Of a stretch of 64,000 bases of DNA, positions 57,458 through 64,000 are shown piece by piece. Source of the stretch: Chrysomallon squamiferum (taxonomy: Eukaryota; Animalia; Mollusca). How positions within the stretch are numbered: position 1 is the first letter of the stretch; every line of letters begins with the position of its first letter. Below the pieces are notes generated by a model, which was given only the letters and a program-made list of their open reading frames with translations, did no database searches and was not told where the DNA came from. The position numbers and the translations under genes are program-made. The DNA lies in the NCBI GenBank assembly GCA_012295275.1, contig CM022673.1:9238001-9302000 (forward strand), written 5' to 3'.

Positions 57458-57564
57458 TGCTATTCCGACTGTGCCCAGTTACTCCTTGTCAAACAACAGT
57501 TTTACCACGAATCCCGCGTGTCTCCAGTCCTCAGCCAGCGGATCCTATTCCTGTATGCTGCCTG
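57458..57564 (+). CDS. Pax6: Pax6 PST exon (107 nt, phase 2 to 1)
   Basis: GTTTCAG|(S)AIPTVPSYSLSNNSFTTNPACLQSSASGSYSCMLP+G|GTAATT. SYSCMLP is a conserved Pax6 PST motif. Confidence 0.93.
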
Positions 57565-58054
57565 GTAATTTTTATTCAAGTACGCCTTTCATGGTGTACA
57601 TTTTAAACTTTGTACCTCATGTCTTTATTCTTTCATAACACTTATATGCACGTTAAACAGACTGATATATGGTCTTAGTTTAAACTGTATATTTCAAAGG
57701 CTATTTTTAATATGTTGAATATTAGAATCCCGGTTTTCATTCACTTTATTAGATTCATAAACACAGAAAAAAAAAACAACAGTTATAAGAATATTTAACA
57801 CTACGAAAGATAAATTCAGAAAAACTGTTCTAACAGTCATAACTATTATGTATATTCTTTGTCTGATAAATAATAATGTATCAACAGAGTCTGACTAGTT
57901 ATTAAGGATGTAAAACACCAAGAAACGTGTTTTTTTTTTGTATATTTTGTAAAGTCTATAAAGTTCTATGAAATATTTTCGTTTTGAGATTACGCAACAA
58001 AATATTACGGTCCTATGTAATCTTTATTATTATCACCTTTCTCTTTCTTTCCAG

Positions 58055-58111
58055 ATTATAAACCAAGAGCTCATCGTCCTATATTAAACATTAACCAATA
58101 TAAACTTTACT
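58055..58111 (+). other. Candidate alternative (mutually exclusive) PST exon or alternative acceptor; partial duplicate of the next exon
   Basis: CCTTTCTCTTTCTTTCCAG| acceptor. First 26 nt match the start of exon 58143 at 18/26 positions. Possible donor ACT|GTGTGT keeps phase 1-1. Confidence 0.4.
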
Positions 58112-58142
58112 GTGTGTAACCTTAATATTCTTTCATTTTCAG

Positions 58143-58262
58143 ATTATGCATCAAGAGGTTACGATCCTTTGTCCCTCGGCAGCTACTCTCGCACGCCGTG
58201 CAACCCGTCATCGGCGATGCAGTCACACCATCTAAGCAACGCCCACAACGGGGCCTCTACAG
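58143..58262 (+). CDS. Pax6: Pax6 PST exon (120 nt, phase 1-1)
   Basis: TTCTTTCATTTTCAG|(D)YASRGYDPLSLGSYSRTPCNPSSAMQSHHLSNAHNGAST+G|GTGCGA; leads into the conserved STGLISPGVSVP motif. Confidence 0.9.
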
Positions 58263-58397
58263 GTGCGACGTTTAATCCATTGAGATTTTTTTTTTGTGTG
58301 AAATAAAGCTAATGTAGTTCAGACCGTCAGAAAATGATGAAGGTTCTACTATTTACTTTGTTAGATAAAAGTAGTGATTAATGTTACTTGATACTGC

Positions 58398-58422
58398 ATT
58401 ATTATTATTATTATTATTATTA

Positions 58423-58461
<39 letters not shown>

Positions 58462-58493
58462 TATCACTATTATTATTGCTATTATTAGCATTA

Positions 58494-58542
<49 letters not shown>

Positions 58543-58645
58543 CATATCATTATCATTCTTCTTTTTCTTCTTCTTATTCTTCTTCTTCTTATTATTATTA
58601 TCACTATTATTATTACTATCATTATCATTATCATTATCATCATTA

Positions 58646-58727
<82 letters not shown>

Positions 58728-58732
58728 CATTC

Positions 58733-58802
<70 letters not shown>
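58398..58802. repeat. Compound (ATT/ATC/TTC)n trinucleotide tract filling most of the last intron
   Basis: Direct read. Confidence 0.95.
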
Positions 58803-58809
58803 GTTGCAG

Positions 58810-58928
58810 GTCTAATATCTCCAGGTGTGTCAGTACCTATTCAAGTCCCCGGGGGAAATCCACAAGACATGAGCGCGCATCATCACATGTCCTCCATGAC
58901 GTCACAGTATTGGCCTCGAATCCAATGA
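58810..58928 (+). CDS. Pax6: Pax6 terminal coding exon (GLISPGVSVPIQVPGG...SQYWPRIQ*)
   Basis: TGTTGCAG| then the hallmark Pax6 C-terminal motifs; TGA at 58926-58928. Confidence 0.97.
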
Positions 58929-59380
58929 TGCTAACAATTTGTGGTTGCTAAGATAGAAACGTTCGTTGAGATAGAGACTCGGAACGTTCTTCCTCTTTGC
59001 ATAATTCTGAACAAAATACTCCACAGAACAGCCAATCAGCGCGAAGCTCTATCACACGTGACCCAGTCGGTTTGCGGTGTAACAAAATCAAACAGAACTT
59101 GTTACGCTTATAACTTCAGTACTCGTCTTCAGGTTTCTAGAGCTCGAGAATGTTCTTCTACTAAAAGTTACGTTACTAAGGCAACGTTGAATTTGGACGC
59201 CGTCACAGAAAAAAATAATATGTGACGTCATAGATTAAAATGTGACGTCATTCTCAGAAACAGATCTTTGATGTTGGTATGAACAGGTTTTTAATATTTG
59301 TTTCGGAAGTGACAGAAACAATACTTTTTTGTTCGTCGTCGTGTGCAGAATTATTAATATTCGCTCAAAGATTGTGTTTT

Positions 59381-59424
<44 letters not shown>

Positions 59425-60590
59425 AAAGGACCACGTGAACAAATTTTCTAAAACAAAATGAAGTCATATTCCTGGTATGTTAATCTTATATCCACCAGAA
59501 AATTAAGACTCTGTGTACATAAGAGACTATGATTTAACTATTACTATGACACTTTAAAAAGTGATGCTACGAAGTCGTGTATTATAAGGGCAGTTCTGGT
59601 GGATGAAATGGCAGAACACAGAATCTGGAATCGTATTCGACATGTGTGGTTTTTCACTTAATATTATGTGTTCAGTAGTCGAATGGTTGTTTATGTGTTC
59701 CTGTAATAATGTACATTGTATATGTGTGTGTGAAAGCGATGTTTAGTAAATACTTTTTATGTAGAAGCTGTCTGAATTGTAGAAAACATTGATTATGCCA
59801 AGATATTATTTGAAAATCGAGTTTTAAAAATAACACGAGTCACTGCAGAGCTAAAAACGTTATGCACGAAAGAGAAAATAGACTGATCCATTTCAGTCTT
59901 CAGTAGAAACCAACAATTAAAGGCGAATTTGTTTTCCAAAACCAGTCTGTCTGACATCTGCAGAAACTGTAATTTGTAATTTTGATTGGTCAGTAATATT
60001 TATATTACCGAAGTCATATAAATTATAACTATTAATTACTTTTTACTAAACGGAAAATCTGGCAATTTATTTTTATATCAAAATTTATATATTAAGCAAA
60101 GATAAATCTGTAAAAAAAAAAAAATAACAATGAAAATAATCTCATTTAAGCATTAACCTTTAATTATTATTATTATTATTATTAAAAAACGTTTTTCTTT
60201 TTCGTTGTAAGTATTAACTCAAATAACTTTGGATGAATACACACACAATATTTATGTTATTTGTTTGTTCTCTGTACAAACCATAAACTCACACTGTATA
60301 ACTGTAATTAAACTATATCAAAACGGTTTTGCATGTATTTTTAATTCATAAAGTTATCTTGAAAAAATCCATATTTTGTAAATCCTTTAGAATTGAGATT
60401 TTTTTCTTCTTTCTTTCTGTTATCCAGCAGATAGATAGTATGTGCATTATAAAAACTAGTATTTAAAAAAATAAAAAATACATTATTTATAAATTGCACA
60501 ATTTCGGACTGTTCACACAATGTATATTTTAAAAAATTATGATGGTTTCTTACACTTCAATAAACGGGTCAACATCATACAGCAATATAA
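58929..60590 (+). other. Pax6: Probable Pax6 3' UTR
   Basis: Follows the stop codon. Candidate signals ATTAAA at ~59235 and ~59917, AATAAA at ~60470 and ~60559. PUF-type TGTACATA at 59514. The 3' end is uncertain. Confidence 0.5.
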
Positions 60591-60669
60591 GCATTAATAT
60601 TAATCATATGATGAGAATAGACAGTTTTTATAAAAACAAACTGTAAACGAGTTTTCACTAGTTAAAACC

Positions 60670-60866
60670 AGGGGTGGATTCTGAAAACGGAGTTGTTCTC
60701 TCATAGTCGAAGCATGACATAAATAAATACTAAAACCTTGATTTCTTTTATTTTTCTATTATATATGTGCTTATTTTATGCAAAGTCAAGTACAAAAGAT
60801 GAGCATAATTTCATGAATCCATGACAGAGATACTCTGCATAAGAAAGGATTTTTAGATCCACCCCT
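60670..60866. mobile_element. MITE-like element, same TIR family
   Basis: AGGGGTGGAT at the left end and ATCCACCCCT at the right end: perfect 10-bp inverted ends, 197 bp long. Confidence 0.6.
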
Positions 60867-61660
60867 TCATATAGTAGTGTTATTAATCATTCTAGAGTAA
60901 TACATTGATTATACATTTTTTATCATGTTCACTCATCTCAGGCTTTGGTTGTTATTTATATATATAAATATATATACACCGTAAATCCTCTAATAGAAGA
61001 GTTTTTTTTTTTCTTTAAAATATAACTTACTTATTCGCGACTGTCAATAACGGCTTCATAGTTTTATGCTAATATCTCAAATTATCGTAATTTTTATTTA
61101 AATAACAGAAAGAATAAAAGTATAGTGAAGATTAACATTAAAGTGGTTTTTTAAATCAGTATCATTACTTGAATTAGATTCTCAAAAAAAAAAAAATCAA
61201 CAGGAAATTAATGCCGACTTAAATAAAGGAAAAATTTTTAAAATTCCTATTTTTATAATTGAAGTTCGCATTTCGAGACTGGCCTCTGTTCAAAGAATTT
61301 TTTATTATTATTATATATATATATATTTTTTTTATTTATTATTATTATTTTTTTTTTTTTTTTTATTATTATTTTTTTTTTTTTTTTTTTTTGTATGCTT
61401 TAATCTAGTTGTTACCAATTATCGCAGACATCTATTTGAGGACTTACGGTAATTAAAAAATAAAAAATTAATAATCTGTGCTATTTGCTCATCTATATTT
61501 ATTGTAATATTCTTATTATTTTTGGAGAGCCAGTAGTCAGTATGTATGCACATGCACCTTGTATATTTACAATCTGTTAGTCAAATATATACATATAATA
61601 TAAATATATCAACTCCATTAAAGTTCTGTTAGGGTAACAGATATTTGTATCCAACACAAA

Positions 61661-62282
61661 CAGTGCCGGATTTAGACTAAGGTACGGACAAAGGTATAGG
61701 AATCTCTAGTATATGAGGTAGTATATGATAATATTTAATAAGATATACAGCTATAAAACAGCTGAATTCAAAATTTAAGAGAATACTTCAGAACACAAAG
61801 CCTGAAACTACGGAAACCCCTTTATGAATAATGCGAATGGGAATGTGCAAGAACTGAAGTATAATTTTTCAAACTGTAAGATTTGGAGTCTTAGAAAACA
61901 TTTAAGGCCTTGCATGGTAAGAATTAACAAAGAATAAAATTACAAGACATTCAAAGGCCGCTTCAGGCTTCAGACAATGGGAAGTAACAAAAATGCTAAT
62001 TAACAAATACTACTAATAAAGAAAAAAAAGCTGTTTTATCACCCAAACTGAATTTGTTTAGAGACTCATGCTGTTCAAACTTCCTCAAACTACTGGAAAC
62101 TGTGTTACCTCTATTTGGAAATAAAAATAACTGCGTCTTTAACCTGAAAAATCTTATATTAAAAAGTAAAAGCAAATAACCAATAAATTTGTGTACCAGT
62201 AGAAGTTAAATAACTGAGAGAAATACTGTTTCATGGGGTCCTATACTGTAGGTTGTTCAGCCAAAGGCTAAATCCGGCCTTA
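61661..62282. mobile_element. Non-autonomous DNA-transposon-like element (~620 bp)
   Basis: CAGTGCCGGATTTAG at the left and CTAAATCCGGCCTTA at the right share a perfect 11-bp inverted core, GCCGGATTTAG; no ORF inside. Confidence 0.5.
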
Positions 62283-64000
62283 AGTTATTTTGTAATTTTT
62301 CTTCGTTTTTCTTCTTCTTTATGTTATAGACCAGGAGGGTTGTGAATTTATGAATGATCTGAAATCTGGGAATTTTCTTTTTTCTGTTTCTTAGAAATTT
62401 TTTGAAATGTTATCTGTGGATATGGGAATTATTTTTTACTGTTATATGACAACCGCTACTTCATGTTCTAGCTAAACAATGTTTAATATATATATATATA
62501 TTAACATTATAACAGATTGAGGAGTACTGAAACATATTATGTTACGATTATTCACACTAATTTTCTCTCCTCTGAGATATTTTTCACCAATCAAAAACTA
62601 TAAAATGTTTAATTATTTCGTTTTATAAATACAGTTGTGAATAATTAATCATTATTATTGCATCCCTTAAATCTATTATTTTACACGTGAAATAAAGTAT
62701 GGTAATAAAACACAATAGTTGGATATTTCTGACTTCTACCTGGTTAGTTCTGCGATTTCCTCTCACGCCAAACAAACACGGGTGATACTTTATCGCCAGT
62801 GACTGCAAGAACAAAAGTAAATAATAAATGACGAAATTTCCAAGCGTAAAATTAAAGAAAGAAGACGATTTATCATCTTTGACAAAACGAGTACTTGAAA
62901 TATGCATGACACGCATTAAAATACTCCGAATAAACATTTGTTAATGAGTACAAGAAATATAGGTAATATATTATTCACAAGCTCATCCTAAGCGGAACCA
63001 AGATATCCCGGGGCGAACGTGAAACAACGAGATTTCACAATGAGATGTCACAGCGGGTCACACTTTTTAACTTCTGTTTCGTAACTTCTGCCCCAACAAT
63101 TAACGCTCCCAAGCATATGCGAACCCGTGTATGGTTATTTAAAGATAAAGTTCGTTTCCACTCGACTGGAACGGTAAATATAATTGTTTCTTTCATCCAG
63201 AGAAATACTGCAAAAAGCCCAGAGCTTGTGAGTCAAACACTACAAACATTTAGACTTTTTTTTTTTTATCATAAAAGTTGTTTTTTGTTTCTACACGCGT
63301 TTTTTTTTTTTTCATTTCGTCAGTGATGTAAAACTAATGAACACGGTCTGATAATTTTACTAATTACTAAACTCTGATTTATTATACAAGATTATTATTT
63401 TTCTTATTTATTTATTTATCATTATTATATACAGGGTTTTTTTCTACTAATCTCGTGATACGATCTTGTTAAATCAAGCGATTTAATTTAAAGATAGCTG
63501 AACTTTCAATAGTCCATTTAACAGTTATGTTTATTTTATGAAACTGAATAAACTAATTAAGAAGACTTACTGTGAATCTTTTCATAAGTTCACAGCAGTA
63601 TGCACTGCACTTAAAGAATATATAAAAAATTGTTACAACTACTACTGCTACTACTACTACTTCTTTTATTATTATTATTATTATTATTATGCAAGTTTCA
63701 TCCCTTAAATAGATACATTTTTTATCGTTATTTATTATTATTATTTTTTTATTTATATTTATTTTTAAGTCTACCTCACTTGGGTTCTACAAACACCTGC
63801 TTTATATGTTGTATATCTACTATAACGTTATTATACAACAGGCGAAATAAATAATCTAAAAATGAATGTTATTTGTACAGCTCTTTCGAGATACCTTTGC
63901 GGTGTGCAGTTTGTACTTCTTTAAGTCACCCGCGTGAAATTCTTTTATTTCTTCTACAATCTACGAGTCGCCAATGTGTCGTACAATTTATACTTCTTCT

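Noticed and set aside
58926-58934. Stop-codon readthrough
   Set aside because: TGA is followed by TGC TAA, so any extension is trivial, and the context is not the TGA-CTA type.
59009-59443. Two GAACAAA miR-375-type seed matches in the 3' UTR
   Set aside because: A-rich 7-mers at chance frequency; no conservation evidence available.

Overview
Very AT-rich, microsatellite-dense animal genomic DNA holding one complete, intron-rich Pax6 gene on the + strand. The protein looks lophotrochozoan, most likely molluscan; this is inference from the linker and PST motifs. I assembled by hand a phase-consistent GT-AG model of 10 coding exons: 6586-6598, 18726-18821, 33884-34230, 44874-45099, 52826-52972, 53514-53596, 53954-54120, 57458-57564, 58143-58262 and 58810-58928. 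Together they give 1425 nt and 474 aa: MPAK-, paired domain, MYDKL linker, S50 paired-type homeodomain, and a PST tail ending QYWPRIQ. Nearly all other ORFs in the track are simple-repeat artefacts. No rRNA, intact tRNA or CRISPR array was seen. The most interesting candidates are isoform and regulatory architecture, not a new gene. (i) A CCAAT/CACCC/TATA/Inr internal promoter with a non-coding exon at ~32 kb would yield a paired-less Pax6. (ii) A partial tandem duplicate of a PST exon at 58055 has the geometry of a sterically mutually exclusive exon. (iii) Skipping the first homeobox exon would create a junction TAA. (iv) Intronic minisatellites multimerise bZIP and homeodomain motifs, and there is a tandem E-box/D-box module. 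(v) Paired complementary GA/CT tracts occur in the introns. All of these are predictions from sequence alone and need transcript or chromatin data.
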